Assembly (NCBI GenBank): GCA_963662285.2
Contig: CAXXMV010000002.1
Span: 736,001-800,000, forward strand
DNA from: a bacterium
GTDB taxonomy: Bacteria > Hinthialibacterota > Hinthialibacteria > Hinthialibacterales > Hinthialibacteraceae
Length of the DNA: 64,000 nt
Reading direction: 5' to 3'
Made by a program: the position numbers and the translations under genes
Shown: piece after piece, positions 1-11,298 of the stretch
How the letters are laid out: the number at the start of each line of letters is the position of its first letter
Position numbering within the stretch: position 1 is the stretch's first letter
Notes under the pieces: generated by a model
What the model was told of the DNA's origin: nothing
What the model saw: the letters and a program-made list of their open reading frames with translations, nothing else
Databases searched by the model: none

Positions 1-598
1 CAACACTACAAACAATCCGATTTATTATACCTTTTTTTAAGTAATCTTCAATAATTACCAGTCTTGTGGTGCAGTTAGTGAATATCTGAGTTTTAATATT
101 ATACTGGGCTGATAATTTCAATATTTCAGTGAATTCTGGATATATTGTAGGTTCTCCACCTCCCCATATAACGATAGAACTTGGATCTAGTAGATTTTCA
201 CTTATAATGGTATCAAAAGCATCTTTTAATATATACGGTTTCTCTGAAACGCCTATTGTATATATGGGATTAGAAGAATAGCAATAATTACATCTTAAAT
301 TACATTCAATAAAATGGTTTATTGCAATCATGTTAAAAGGGAAAAATAGTTTATCCCACTTGCGCTTATTTAAATATTGACAACCAGTGCATGGTGTAAG
401 TTCATCATTATTAAGTTTTTTTATTATTCCGTTCTTGGTTGATATTACATGTTCATAGGGAAAATCACCGCCATCATAGTCACATAAAAAAGGAGTTCCT
501 TTATCCCCACTATGCGAAATACAACATACATTGATGCAATTTATTCCAAAAGAAAAACCGCCTTCCAGCCATGGACAACTTAGATAAATATCTTCCAT
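1..598 (-). CDS. Radical SAM protein, 3' end runs off the window (not in the ORF track)
   Basis: Manual translation from ATG 598: MEDIYLSCPWLEGGFSFG... with CNLRCNYC (CxxxCxxC) at ~281-305 and a downstream GGGEPT motif. Confidence 0.8.
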   Translation of the reverse strand, partial: MEDIYLSCPWLEGGFSFGINCINVCCISHSGDKGTPFLCDYDGGDFPYEHVISTKNGIIKKLNNDELTPCTGCQYLNKRKWDKLFFPFNMIAINHFIECNLRCNYCYSSNPIYTIGVSEKPYILKDAFDTIISENLLDPSSIVIWGGGEPTIYPEFTEILKLSAQYNIKTQIFTNCTTRLVIIEDYLKKGIINRIVCSV

Positions 599-703
599 AG
601 TGACTAAGAACCTATTTTAATTAATAGAATTGTTAAGACAGTGTTATTAATAAGTATATCATTTTCAATTCGGAAGTTCAATGAATTAACCATGAGATCA
701 TAA

Positions 704-1296
704 TAAAGTGGCCTCCATTGTCAAGACAGAAAAATGAAAAAATAAGGTAGAAACCGATTTTGTTTTGCGATCGGATTTCCCAGGCTCGGGCCGGAGGGAA
801 ATGGGGCAACGCAAGGAGGCCGTAGGCCGACTGGAGTTGCCCTATTTCCCTTGAGTCCGTTTCTGGAGATGCATGCTTTTTTCTCTTTTCTTTTTTAGTG
901 AATTCTTGAACGCTTCCCGCGATACCATTCCAACGGCGTCCTATATTTTAACGACTGATGAAGCCGTTCTTGATTATAGAATTCCAAATACGCCGCCAAC
1001 CTACTCCGGCATTCTTGCACGCTCTCGTAATCTTTCAAATACACCTCTTCGTATTTGACGCTACGCCACAAGCGCTCGATCATGATGTTGTCGAATACCC
1101 GACCTCTACCGTCCATGCTGATTCGAACGTTCTCTTTTTCCAACCGCCCGGTGAATTCCAGGCTCGTGTACTGCACGCCCTGGTCGCTGTTGAAAATTTC
1201 CGGGCGGCCTCGTTGAAGAGCCTCCTCCAAGGCCTCCAGGCATAATCCGACCTCCAAACTGGTGGACCTCCTGTCTAGTTTTTGGGGTCCATTATA
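704..1296 (-). mobile_element. Internally deleted IS3-family element (IRL fused to the 3' part of orfB, then IRR)
   Basis: Imperfect 26-bp inverted repeats at 1271-1296 (TATAATGGACCCCAAAAACTAGACAG on -) and 704-729 (TAAAGTGGCCTCCATTGTCAAGACAG), 17/26 identical. Between them is only the integrase C-terminus (FNSDQGVQYTS...DNIMIERLWRSVKYE...YNQERLHQSL). Confidence 0.8.
895..1266 (-). pseudogene. IS3 transposase OrfB C-terminal fragment (rve integrase core)
   Basis: Part of ORF 895..1344. Homology starts at STSLEVGLCLEAL; the upstream residues are translated IR and flank. Confidence 0.85.
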
Positions 1297-1367
1297 GGTG
1301 ATATACATCGGATCTTCCATAATAAAAGAATATAGAATTGGCATTTATGTATTTGAATAGCAAGAAC

Positions 1368-3008
1368 TTACTTGCGAGGCGTCAATTTTTTTCTAGTGGC
1401 TACTTTGATCCCTTTAGATGGAACTGCTCTAGGAAGCGTAATACCCAAGGCCTGGATCAGATCTTGCCCCATCGGTCTGGGGTAAGGAACCGTTTGATAT
1501 TCGACTTCTCCCACTTTTACTTCAGTAGCGCAAATCGATGCTAACTCATTGACGCCCTCTTCAACTGTGATGTCCAACGATGCCCATCTTTCCTTCAAAT
1601 AACGAATAATCTTATAGGCCAGCATCACCGAGAAGACATGTCCACGGGTTCGTTTTTCTTTGCGAACATAATGCGGTCGTGTTTCCAAATAGGCGGTCTT
1701 CATTGTGCGAAATGCCATTTCCACTTGCGCCAAGTCTTTGTATCGATCATGAATCTCTTGAGCGGAAATCCCTTCCTTAGGCATATCCGTTTTGATAACA
1801 TAGCAGCCATCCAAGAGAGCAATTTCCTGCAAAACATCTTGATCAATCCTTAAAACCAGAACTCGATCTTTTGCTTCAACCAACAACCACTTACTCAGTT
1901 TTAATTGTTCAATCTTGTCGTTGACTTTCTTCAAAGCTGTCGAAATCCTGGCGCGGGGATGGTTTTGCAAGTAGGCATTTTGCTTAACAAGAACCTGTTG
2001 AATACAATTTTGTTTATCGCTCCGATTGCGTGCGATTTCATTCATCCGAATTGGATTGCGTCGTAGCACATATCGGATACTATCCACTTGCACCTCACAT
2101 ACATCTTCATCAAACAATTCCATCTGCAATATATCCTGATGTAATAACGTTTGAATTTGAGGTTTGGTCAAAGCTGTTAAATAGTGAAAACGTTCGGGGA
2201 GATTATCAATTTGGGCGCTCTTGATCATCCCTCGATCACCAACCATCGTAACCGTCTCTACCCCCAAGCGATCTTTCACTTTTTGCACCTGGTCTAAAAA
2301 GGTCTTGCTATCCGATGTGTTTCCTTTATAAACCTGAACTGAAACCGGATCCCCTTCTTCATCGGTCAATAAACCAATGACTATTTGCTTTTTGCCTTTT
2401 TTCCCATCCCGGTTATACCCATAATCAGCCAGTTCATTGCATTGGCCTTCCAAATAACTGCTGGTGACATCGTAGAGAAACATCTGAGGGGGTCGCGTTC
2501 TCTTTTTTTGATGGTACAAGCGATCCTCAATGGCCTGTTGAGTATCGGACAGCCAAGTGAGGGTATCGTACAAATCATCTTCGTTGAACGAGTCGAGGCC
2601 AAGTAGATCGCAAGCCGCATGTTGGGTTGCTAAACGCACGGCGGAGAGGCGCGAGCCTTGATCGATAATACGCGCCATAATCAACCAGAGAGCCAGAAGA
2701 GCTTGTCGACTGCGTCCCAAGGCTTGTTTTATTCCTAACCGCTTGGCCACTTCCTGGAGAGTGTGAACCGCGCCGACGGAAAGGCCTTGCTCAGTTTTAA
2801 CGGTAGTAGATAAATGATGCTGCAAGGAAGTGAGATCATTTTTATGTTTGAGCGCCAAGCGAATGGCTTCGATTTCTTGTGGAGAACATTGGGAGAGGTT
2901 GGCAATCGTTTTATGTTTTACACGACCATTCTGGCGATAGGAGGTTCGCAAGAGGGCCCGAGTCCGAGTTTTTCCTTTTTGTTTATAGTGGCAGATGTCT
3001 ACGTACAT
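1368..3008 (-). mobile_element. IS1634-family transposase (546 aa, apparently intact)
   Basis: SYRQNGRVKHKTIANL N-terminus, LYDVTSSYLEG, YGYNRDGKKGKKQI, VGDRGM, YKDLAQVEMAFRTMKT. Element ends only tentative (~1361 CAAGAAC / GTACTTG ~3198); no TSD seen. Confidence 0.9.
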
Positions 3009-3274
3009 TCTAGCTACTATTATACCAGATATAATTCAATATTACAAGTATTATTTTAATTATTTATAATATATTAGTGGCTACAAATTATACGAAAAAA
3101 AACGCTATTACCTTGATATATCTTTACTTAATGCGATTTGTATACGGAAAATCCGCTACAAGAGTAATTGCATGCACACAACAAAACTTTTGTACTTGAG
3201 AATGGGAAAAGATGAATAAAGCCGACTCTTTGACTCCGATATTTCCTTAATTTGGTTTGCCCTTTGGTGTGGTC

Positions 3275-5092
3275 CTAAGGCAATTGGACAACCGAAATCT
3301 CATCCATAACTAATAAAAGTTCGCGTCGATCATCACTCAAAGCTAAATCATAAGGACAATAAACTTTATCCGAATTCAAGAATAATACTCTTGAAGATTG
3401 AGAAGCCAACAAAGATTCGCTCATAGATATCTCTAATAAAAATTCTTTATTATCTTTCACGATTCCAGCATCAAGAATCTTTTCTCCTTTTTCATTTTCA
3501 AAGTAAATATGGGCAGGATACCAACTTTCTTTCGGAAGCAAGACTTTTCCTTTTATTCGCAGTTTCCAGATATCCCCAGATCCTAGGAACGAGACAGGAA
3601 AACGTTTAGTAATCCAGCCATCAATATCTGGAAATGAATGTTCTATTCGATTGACTTTATCATCGCGTTGCAAAACCAAAGTAGAATCCTTATAACCAGA
3701 TATTTCTTCGAGACTTCCCAATTGCAATAGCAATTGCCGAGTATCATTACTGATTCCATAATCCTCAGGACAAACAACTCGATCAGAGTTTAAAAAAAGT
3801 TCTCTCGTAGCGGAACCAATAGAAAACATAGGCTCTGTTACATCAAATATTATTTCAAAAAGTTTCTCATTTGACACGGTACCAATATCAATGATTTTAT
3901 GTTTTTCTGCATTTTCAAGAAATAGATGAGCCGGATACATATCCGGTTTTGGTAAAAGAACTTTTCCTGTTAAACGTAGTTTCCATTCATTAACATCACT
4001 AGCAAAGGATATTGGGAATCTGGATTGAATCCATTCATCATCTGATGGTATGGAAAACCGTATTTTGTTATTATTTTTATTTGATACAGCTACACTAAAT
4101 ACTGATTTATAATCAAATGCATTTCTGACTTCGGATAATCCCTCTAACACCATCAATAATTTTCTATCATCATTGCTGATATCATAATCAAATGGACAAT
4201 AAATTCGATCGGAATTCAAATATAACGTATTGGAAACAGGCGCTATATGAAAAGAGGAAACAGGAATAGTAAATATTCTTTCAAAGGGATTTCCGTCAAT
4301 AATAGTTCCAACATCGATAATTTTCTGTCCATTTGCATTTTCGATAAACAAATTTACAGGATATAATTCGGGCTTAGGTAAAAGAATTTTTCCTCTTAGA
4401 GATAAAACAGTATCATTTTTTGTATTTGTGAAAGTTATAGGAAATTTTGAAGCAACCCATCCATCGCTCATAGGTTTAGGATATGTGATAGGAACTATCC
4501 CATCGTTTTTCTGTCCCAATATTGTTTTTTGATAGAATTCCTTTTCAAAAAAACCAATCGTGAGAAAATTTCCTCGGAGAATATGCTTGGTAGAGAACAC
4601 GACTCCGATTAGATTCTGATTAAAAAAGTGCTTATTTGCTTCTTTTATTTCAGCCTTTTGGGAAATTTCCAGGAAATCTTTTTTTACTCCCTGCATATCT
4701 AATTTAAAATAATATGAAAAAAAATCAATAAACTGATTTCCTTCATAGAGTTTTTCCAGATCAATTGGATATTTTAAATCAAGAGTTATGCCAGATGAAG
4801 CATTTTTCTTTTTTTCGGTCTCGTTGGATGCAATACATGATAATCGGGTACTATAATCAAATTTCTGATCCAACCAAGTTTGGCTTGATAGATTCCATGT
4901 TGCATCATAAGATTCCTGATAATACAATAAATTATTAAAACAAGATAAGGCAATCAATTTCGAATTATCTGGGAATTGCATGGACGATAATTCTTGATTG
5001 ATATTTCCGTTATTACAACTTTGTAAAAACAAGACAATTATTATAGAAAATATAATCTTACGTAAATACTTTCTCATCTTTAAAATCTCCAT
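3275..5092 (-). CDS. Exported (possibly lipo)protein with three ~125-aa repeated beta-rich domains
   Basis: Hydrophobic N-terminus ending FLQSC; three repeats of D[GE]W..x.FP[IV][ST]F...GK[IV]LLPK...YP...EN...LNSD[RK]..CP.D...S.D.R.LL. Confidence 0.7.
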   Translation of the reverse strand: MEILKMRKYLRKIIFSIIIVLFLQSCNNGNINQELSSMQFPDNSKLIALSCFNNLLYYQESYDATWNLSSQTWLDQKFDYSTRLSCIASNETEKKKNASSGITLDLKYPIDLEKLYEGNQFIDFFSYYFKLDMQGVKKDFLEISQKAEIKEANKHFFNQNLIGVVFSTKHILRGNFLTIGFFEKEFYQKTILGQKNDGIVPITYPKPMSDGWVASKFPITFTNTKNDTVLSLRGKILLPKPELYPVNLFIENANGQKIIDVGTIIDGNPFERIFTIPVSSFHIAPVSNTLYLNSDRIYCPFDYDISNDDRKLLMVLEGLSEVRNAFDYKSVFSVAVSNKNNNKIRFSIPSDDEWIQSRFPISFASDVNEWKLRLTGKVLLPKPDMYPAHLFLENAEKHKIIDIGTVSNEKLFEIIFDVTEPMFSIGSATRELFLNSDRVVCPEDYGISNDTRQLLLQLGSLEEISGYKDSTLVLQRDDKVNRIEHSFPDIDGWITKRFPVSFLGSGDIWKLRIKGKVLLPKESWYPAHIYFENEKGEKILDAGIVKDNKEFLLEISMSESLLASQSSRVLFLNSDKVYCPYDLALSDDRRELLLVMDEISVVQLP

Positions 5093-5530
5093 AGGTTATA
5101 AAACAAGTCTGGTTTATTGTACATCTGGATAGAACATCTTGACTGTATCAAGTGATTATTTTTCAAGATATTTACCGATCAAATCAAGTTTTCTTAAACA
5201 TCTTTGCTCGCTGATATGATATGACATCCGATCTCATCAGCCTTAAATATATTTAACAATTCTCGCGTATTAGCCCATAACATAAATAATTTTCCACTGA
5301 TTGGACAGTTGTGCCACAAATTGATAGATTGATCCACGTAATTTTTATAGTTTCTAAGAAAGTTATTGATAATGACTCTCTTCTTTCATCTCTTCCCTTA
5401 AAACATTAGAACCCTGAGAGGTTCACTGGAAGGATATATTTTCATTATACGGGAAATGTCAAAATCTGTGAGTCGCTCAGCAGATCTGGGGGTTTACTTA
5501 TTTCAATTAAAGGCGACAGACGAACAAATA

Positions 5531-6562
5531 TTACAAATCCAACTGATTCGAGTATGCATTCGGGGTTTTTTCTAATATAGTAACAGAATTTTTTATCGAA
5601 GAAATATTTATGCCATAAAGCATCAATGATATAGATCCCAATAAAGCAATAAGAACCATAGACAAAAACTGAGAAATTACAGAATACGTTAATGCATTAG
5701 TTTCAGATATACCAAAAATCGATAAAGCAAGAACACAAGCGACTTGATAGGTTCCGATATATCCCGGTGTTGAAGGGATTATCATAGACATATTTATGAA
5801 AATACTGATTGTGATTGCAGTAAAATACGAAGCAGACATGTTTATTGATTGCAATAGAAAATAATGGGTCAAAAAATCAACCAGGAAAGTCACTAAAGTT
5901 AAAATAACAATAAAAAAAATTTTTGTTTTACTTTTCAGAAATCGAACACTTAATTGAATTTGATCAATCAAATTCACAAAAAAAGTTGTTTTAAATTTAC
6001 AATATATCAAAATTTTATTAATTACACTGAATATGTAATCACTATTAAATATGGATAAAAACAAAACCAGTGTTGACGCAATTATCAAAGCTGTTGATAT
6101 CCAAAAATTATCTACAATTCCTACTGGATATATATAAAATAATAATAATAAACAGAAGAGCGACATGGTTGAAATATCAGCAACACGGTCTATAACCGTA
6201 AGTATTGTAATTTGAATAAATGGAATTCGACATTTTTTATTTATAATGTAGATTCGAAATAATTCACCGATATTCCCAAAAAGAAAGAAATTTCCGAAAT
6301 ATCCTATCTGCAACGCTCTCCAAAAATGAGTGAAAGAGTCGAGCGAACCTTCAGACAGATAAGCCCAGCGACATGCTCTTAAAACTCCAGAAAGTAAACC
6401 TGTAAAGATCGCTGCAAAAATCCACAATAACTTTATATTTGAAGAAATCAGATAAAATTGCTTCCAATCCAAACGGTAAAGAAAGAAAGTAATTAATGAG
6501 ATACTTATCGTAAAACCAAATAAAATTGATTTCCAATTATTTTTAAATACTTCTGCATTCAT
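5531..6562 (-). CDS. Lysylphosphatidylglycerol-synthase TM / UPF0104 flippase-like protein
   Basis: Multi-TM; LRACRW, GYFGN...GELFR, DRVAD and PSTPGYIG motifs typical of the family. Confidence 0.8.
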   Translation of the reverse strand: MNAEVFKNNWKSILFGFTISISLITFFLYRLDWKQFYLISSNIKLLWIFAAIFTGLLSGVLRACRWAYLSEGSLDSFTHFWRALQIGYFGNFFLFGNIGELFRIYIINKKCRIPFIQITILTVIDRVADISTMSLFCLLLLFYIYPVGIVDNFWISTALIIASTLVLFLSIFNSDYIFSVINKILIYCKFKTTFFVNLIDQIQLSVRFLKSKTKIFFIVILTLVTFLVDFLTHYFLLQSINMSASYFTAITISIFINMSMIIPSTPGYIGTYQVACVLALSIFGISETNALTYSVISQFLSMVLIALLGSISLMLYGINISSIKNSVTILEKTPNAYSNQLDL

Positions 6563-6844
6563 TTTATTTAATTACTTTCTGAATTTTTCTCCTTAAGTAT
6601 ATAAAAATAATCTATTCTTCATATCAATCATCTTTATTTTGATTGGATATTCCCGAAAGAATCAATAACACTTAAGAACGGGATTGCATCTTTATTAAAT
6701 TTTTCAAATAGCCTTTCTTACTTAGTTTGAAAAAGTTAATAAATCACTTTTGAATGCTTATATCATATCATTTGTCATTGCAAGTCTGGATAAAATTTTA
6801 AGGATCCTTTATTTCATTCGGGCGTAACTCGCATTCCGCGTTAA

Positions 6845-7160
6845 GTGGCGATGTTCCAGATTTGTTGTACCATATCTCAGTACAGATATTTTAATGTAAG
6901 TACATTTTACTTGATGAGATATTTCTAAAATCATCCCAATCTTCATTGAGAAAAGCCACTCGCATGGTCAAACATGGATTGCGTCCCATCCGCTATACGC
7001 AACACCCCAGTTACTTCCATAAGGTCTTTGACTAAATGACTATAAGTTCCTTGACAGTTCTTCTTCCAATTTGATACCCAGATTCCAAATTAGCCTAAAT
7101 GACATATAGTCTGTGCATAACAAAGCCAAGTCCACTCATTACACTACTGCAGAAATAAGA
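6845..7160 (-). pseudogene. Degraded 3' remnant of an ISKra4/ISLre2-like transposase
   Basis: Minus-strand reading across frameshifts gives GYQIGRRTV...HLVKDLMEVTG...MRVAFLNEDWDDF, resembling the GYPIGSG...CRHLVKDRME...LNGDWDEF C-terminus. Confidence 0.5.
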
Positions 7161-7172
7161 ATATGCACAATA

Positions 7173-7943
7173 TTATCTCCGATGTTTCTTTATTATATAT
7201 CCAGCTGGTGCATTTGTCCATGGCAGAGTTTTAATCATAATTTTCTTATCGGAAAAAAATTCATCAACAGCTTTTGTTTCTCCTGGCCACTCGTTAATAG
7301 AATATTCGTCGAATAATACAATTCCTCCAACGCTTAAACGTGGCCATAATTGCTCAAGAGAAACTTTAGTAGGGGCATATAAATCACAATCAAAATGAAT
7401 CAAACTAAAACGCAATCCAGGATTTTGTTTTATAAAGGAGGGAATAGTTTCCTCAATATTGCCTTTTACTAATTTAATTCTAGGCTTATTGGGAATGAAA
7501 CGATCCTTATCGAAAATCGATATTGCATTATTTAATTCCTCATAATAAGATTCGGGTGAAAAACCACCAGTAAATTTTTGAACATTTGAATCCTCTTTCC
7601 CATCCTCTTCCGCCAAACTATGGAATCCTTCCCAATTATCAAAACCATATACAACTTTAGTACGGTCTCCAATGCAATACGATTCCAGGAAATTCGCCCA
7701 CGTTAATAAACCCAAACCTCGAAAAACACCAAGTTCTACAATATCCCCGGGAATCTCTAATGTTTTTAGAAATAATTCATGGTGCGCCAAAAAACGTTTG
7801 AGCCATTGTCTTCTTGCTAAGACCGGGAATAATTTCAATGTATCCAAAGGTGATATTTTGAAACTATTAAAATGTTCTTCTAAAAGATCTTCTATTAAAT
7901 TATCTTTATCAGTCTTCTTGAATCCATCGAATTCCTTAGTCAT
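7173..7943 (-). CDS. TylF/MycF/NovP-family O-methyltransferase
   Basis: IPGDIVELGVFRG, YGFDNWEG, LIHFDCDLY, GGIVLFDEY. Confidence 0.85.
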   Translation of the reverse strand: MTKEFDGFKKTDKDNLIEDLLEEHFNSFKISPLDTLKLFPVLARRQWLKRFLAHHELFLKTLEIPGDIVELGVFRGLGLLTWANFLESYCIGDRTKVVYGFDNWEGFHSLAEEDGKEDSNVQKFTGGFSPESYYEELNNAISIFDKDRFIPNKPRIKLVKGNIEETIPSFIKQNPGLRFSLIHFDCDLYAPTKVSLEQLWPRLSVGGIVLFDEYSINEWPGETKAVDEFFSDKKIMIKTLPWTNAPAGYIIKKHRR

Positions 7944-7946
7944 ATC

Positions 7947-8948
7947 TTAGTCTCCCTCCAGGTTAAAAATAGATTTTGCATCTAATGGTTTTTTCTTATT
8001 TATATGAGGAACAATGTATTTCTGTATGAATTCTTGGTTTTCTCCACATAGACAGTTCTCATGCTTTCCATCAAACCATGGCGAAGTCAACAACATAGTT
8101 CTCATTTCAGATAGAGATTTATCTTTAATATTACCAAGACTGAAGTGTAAAAAGTTACAAGGCAATACCTGCCCATCCGCAGAAACGCTCATGAAATCAA
8201 CACCAGCTGGGCAATGATCTTCTTCTCCACAAAAAATATCACGATTAACCATTCGTTGCCCAAATGGGAGAATTGGGCTCTCTTCCTGTAATTGTTTTAT
8301 GTATAAGGAATCCTCTTCTGTCATTAAGACATCGGTCAGGCCATCCCATTTTCCAACAGGCTCTGCAATTTGGACATCTATTTTAATATTTTTTTGTTCA
8401 GCAAATTCGTATGCTCTTTTAAAACCTTCTGAATGAAGTGATTGGTGCGTCACTACAATAGAGATTGAAGTCAATAACCCAAAATCCAGTACATCATCAA
8501 TAGCTTTCAAAACTCGGTCATATGATCCTATAGCACGCCGACTATCATGTTCTTCTCGTATTCCTGAATCCAGACTGAAAGCAATTTTATCGACATGAAG
8601 GTCTTTTAACCAATTAATTCTTTCTTTTGACATCTTCCAGCCATTGCTGACAACATTTATAAATGTATCCAACGGATAGCAATTTTTCAGGATAAATTCT
8701 AAACGCTCTAAATCCTCGATAGGTTCTCCACCTTGCAAAACATAATGAAAAACTCCCATATCATAGGCTTCATCCAACAATCGTTTCACATATTTAAACT
8801 CAAGAGCTTTCACATTAACAAATGTATCTGCATAACAATGAGAACATTTCATATTACATTTTGGTGTAACATCTATTGCTAGCGTCCGCAAAGTTCCAGG
8901 AACATAATTACTTTGTCTTATATGCAATCTTGGTTTTTCTGAATACAT
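7947..8948 (-). CDS. Radical SAM protein with SPASM/twitch domain
   Basis: CNMKCSHC, QGGEP, C-terminal CPAG...ADGQVLPC. Confidence 0.9.
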   Translation of the reverse strand: MYSEKPRLHIRQSNYVPGTLRTLAIDVTPKCNMKCSHCYADTFVNVKALEFKYVKRLLDEAYDMGVFHYVLQGGEPIEDLERLEFILKNCYPLDTFINVVSNGWKMSKERINWLKDLHVDKIAFSLDSGIREEHDSRRAIGSYDRVLKAIDDVLDFGLLTSISIVVTHQSLHSEGFKRAYEFAEQKNIKIDVQIAEPVGKWDGLTDVLMTEEDSLYIKQLQEESPILPFGQRMVNRDIFCGEEDHCPAGVDFMSVSADGQVLPCNFLHFSLGNIKDKSLSEMRTMLLTSPWFDGKHENCLCGENQEFIQKYIVPHINKKKPLDAKSIFNLEGD

Positions 8949-9178
8949 AAATACTCTCCAATTATTCCAGATGCAGTAATTTAGTCAGCAGTGGCAATTC
9001 GTTCAATTGTTTCATGTCTAAATAATATGAAGATATTATATTATCACCCCAAAATCAATAACCTATACTGTATCGAAAATGCGATGATGGATTAGACATT
9101 GATTTATCAATTTTGTAAGCGATGCTACATTTAGTATCCCTAGCACTAGTGATTCATAATAAGAACTCTACATCATCA

Positions 9179-9913
9179 TCAATCTTCGTTTATAATACGT
9201 TTGGGTGATTTGTTATATGTATTTTTACTCAAAAAATATACATCTAAAATCATAAACAGAAAAGTAGTAATAACTTCAAATAAATTCTTCAGAGAGAGCG
9301 ATGTACTGCCATCCGTTCCTCTTTTGTCGCTTACTGGAATTTCATAATAACTGCAGCCAGATTTAAGAGACTTAACACCAAGTTCAGCAATATAACTAAA
9401 GCGTTTTGATCTTATGCGAAAACTTTTTAATTTCTCAGTTGGAAAAACACAAGCCCCACTGATATATTGCACATATACATCAAATATTGTGAGATATATT
9501 ATATTAAATATTCTCGAAATGATACAACGTATTCGGCTGCGGATTTCTATATTAATCACATAGACGAATATTACATCTGCTTTAGAAGCATTTTTAAATA
9601 TTTCTCTCATAGAGTGCTCAGAGAGTGAGTCATCTCCATGAACAATGGAAAATTTGGGGTATTTTGCGATATTAATACACTCTTTCAGACCTTCTCCTAA
9701 TCCTTTATTTTTAGAATGATGTATACTCCTTACAAATGCATACTCTTTCTCTAAACTATCGATAATCTGCGGTGTAGAATCAGTGCTCCCATCATCTACA
9801 ATAATAATATCAAGAAGTATATTTCCAGCATCCTTAGTAGCACGGATTATACTTAAAACTGTATCTTTAATATGCTTTTCTTCATTATAAGCAGGAACAT
9901 AAACACTTATCAT
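9179..9913 (-). CDS. GT2 glycosyltransferase, polyprenol-phosphate (DPM1/GtrB-like) type
   Basis: ISVYVPAYNEE, IIIVDDGSTD, HSKNKGLG, EIPV; ~244 aa. Confidence 0.8.
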   Translation of the reverse strand: MISVYVPAYNEEKHIKDTVLSIIRATKDAGNILLDIIIVDDGSTDSTPQIIDSLEKEYAFVRSIHHSKNKGLGEGLKECINIAKYPKFSIVHGDDSLSEHSMREIFKNASKADVIFVYVINIEIRSRIRCIISRIFNIIYLTIFDVYVQYISGACVFPTEKLKSFRIRSKRFSYIAELGVKSLKSGCSYYEIPVSDKRGTDGSTSLSLKNLFEVITTFLFMILDVYFLSKNTYNKSPKRIINED

Positions 9914-9929
9914 ATTAAATCCTTAATAA

Positions 9930-10613
9930 TTATTTGCATTCTTTTCCACCGGACTTTCGGGGCTTGCATCCAATTGCGAATAAATAGTGCAGCATTGGAT
10001 GAAATCCCGTATGAACAATTTCATCATTAGCACCGAAACAAAAAATATGGTGGAAATATTTTCCCATTTCTTCTTCCAAACGGTCCATAGAATATACATT
10101 AACATGACCTTTTTTACTAACAGAAGAAGCATGAATTTGAGAAGTTTCGTTTGGTGTACCAATGATTGTAATACCAGTAGTTTCTAAATTCCCAAGAACA
10201 CCTTTCCAAAAGCGATTAATATGTTTTGGGAAAATATGCTCGATCACATCAAAAGATACTATTGCATCCCATGATCCAGCAGGCATTGAAAAAAAATCAT
10301 TACATATAAATTCAATATTCGAGGAATCCCAATTAGATCTCGCTGTATTTATTGCATCCTCATCTAAATCAATGCCTGTGGCAAATCCACATTCTTTAGC
10401 GAGCAGATATGTTCCAAGACCCTCACTGCAACCGATATCTAATACTCGTTTATTTTTCCCTATTATTTTGGATGCGAATTTATAATACGACATATAATGC
10501 AATGTTCTGCGAGGCGACTTATCAAACCAATACGCAAGGTATCGTCCTAAAGACACACTCTTTACATCCATCATATCGGTAACTTCATCCCAGCGCGATC
10601 TATTCTGTACCAT
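9930..10613 (-). CDS. Class I SAM-dependent methyltransferase
   Basis: VLDIGCSEG, DVIEH, IIGTPN, GHVN; paralog of 10600..11298. Confidence 0.88.
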   Translation of the reverse strand: MVQNRSRWDEVTDMMDVKSVSLGRYLAYWFDKSPRRTLHYMSYYKFASKIIGKNKRVLDIGCSEGLGTYLLAKECGFATGIDLDEDAINTARSNWDSSNIEFICNDFFSMPAGSWDAIVSFDVIEHIFPKHINRFWKGVLGNLETTGITIIGTPNETSQIHASSVSKKGHVNVYSMDRLEEEMGKYFHHIFCFGANDEIVHTGFHPMLHYLFAIGCKPRKSGGKECK

Positions 10614-11298
10614 TGGTTTCTCTTTGGGTTTTAATATAACAACCTACGCATATCAAATAATGAGACATTGGCAAAAAACCAGTGTGAACAACTTCATCAT
10701 TCATTCCAAACAGAAAAACGTTATGGAAGTACTGTCCCATTAAGTGTGCTAAGCGATCCGCATCATATAGATTGACATGACCTGCTTTACTGCCACTAGA
10801 CGCATAAGATTCAGAGGTGAGGTTTGGAGTTCCGATAATACAAATCCCATCTTTATTTAGACTGGCAAGAATAACATTGAAAAATTGCTGTTCGTATTTT
10901 TCAAAAATATGTTCAATCACATCAAGGCTAATTACCGTATCATGTTGTCCGAATGATCCATCAAAAATATCTCCCTTAATAAAACGAAACCTTGGATCAG
11001 GCAAATTTTCAATAGCGGTATTTATTGCCTCCTCATCACTATCGACGCCTGTGTATTGTAATGCAAATTCGGAAAGAATAGGAGCGCCTATACCCTCGCT
11101 ACAACCTAATTCCAGGATGCTTTTATTTTTACATGCCATTTTGGCCGCAAATTTATAGCGCGATAGGACAAAAGCCAAGCGTTTAGGATCATTACGATAA
11201 TTAAAAGACCAATGACGCCCAAAAGATTTACTTCTATTACCTAACATAGAAGCAACTTCACTCCATAATTCCTTTTCATTTAAATGTTTGTCGTTCAT
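10600..11298 (-). CDS. Class I SAM-dependent methyltransferase
   Basis: ILELGCSEG, DVIEH, IIGTPN, GHVN, MNDEVVHTGF. Confidence 0.88.
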   Translation of the reverse strand: MNDKHLNEKELWSEVASMLGNRSKSFGRHWSFNYRNDPKRLAFVLSRYKFAAKMACKNKSILELGCSEGIGAPILSEFALQYTGVDSDEEAINTAIENLPDPRFRFIKGDIFDGSFGQHDTVISLDVIEHIFEKYEQQFFNVILASLNKDGICIIGTPNLTSESYASSGSKAGHVNLYDADRLAHLMGQYFHNVFLFGMNDEVVHTGFLPMSHYLICVGCYIKTQRETNGTE

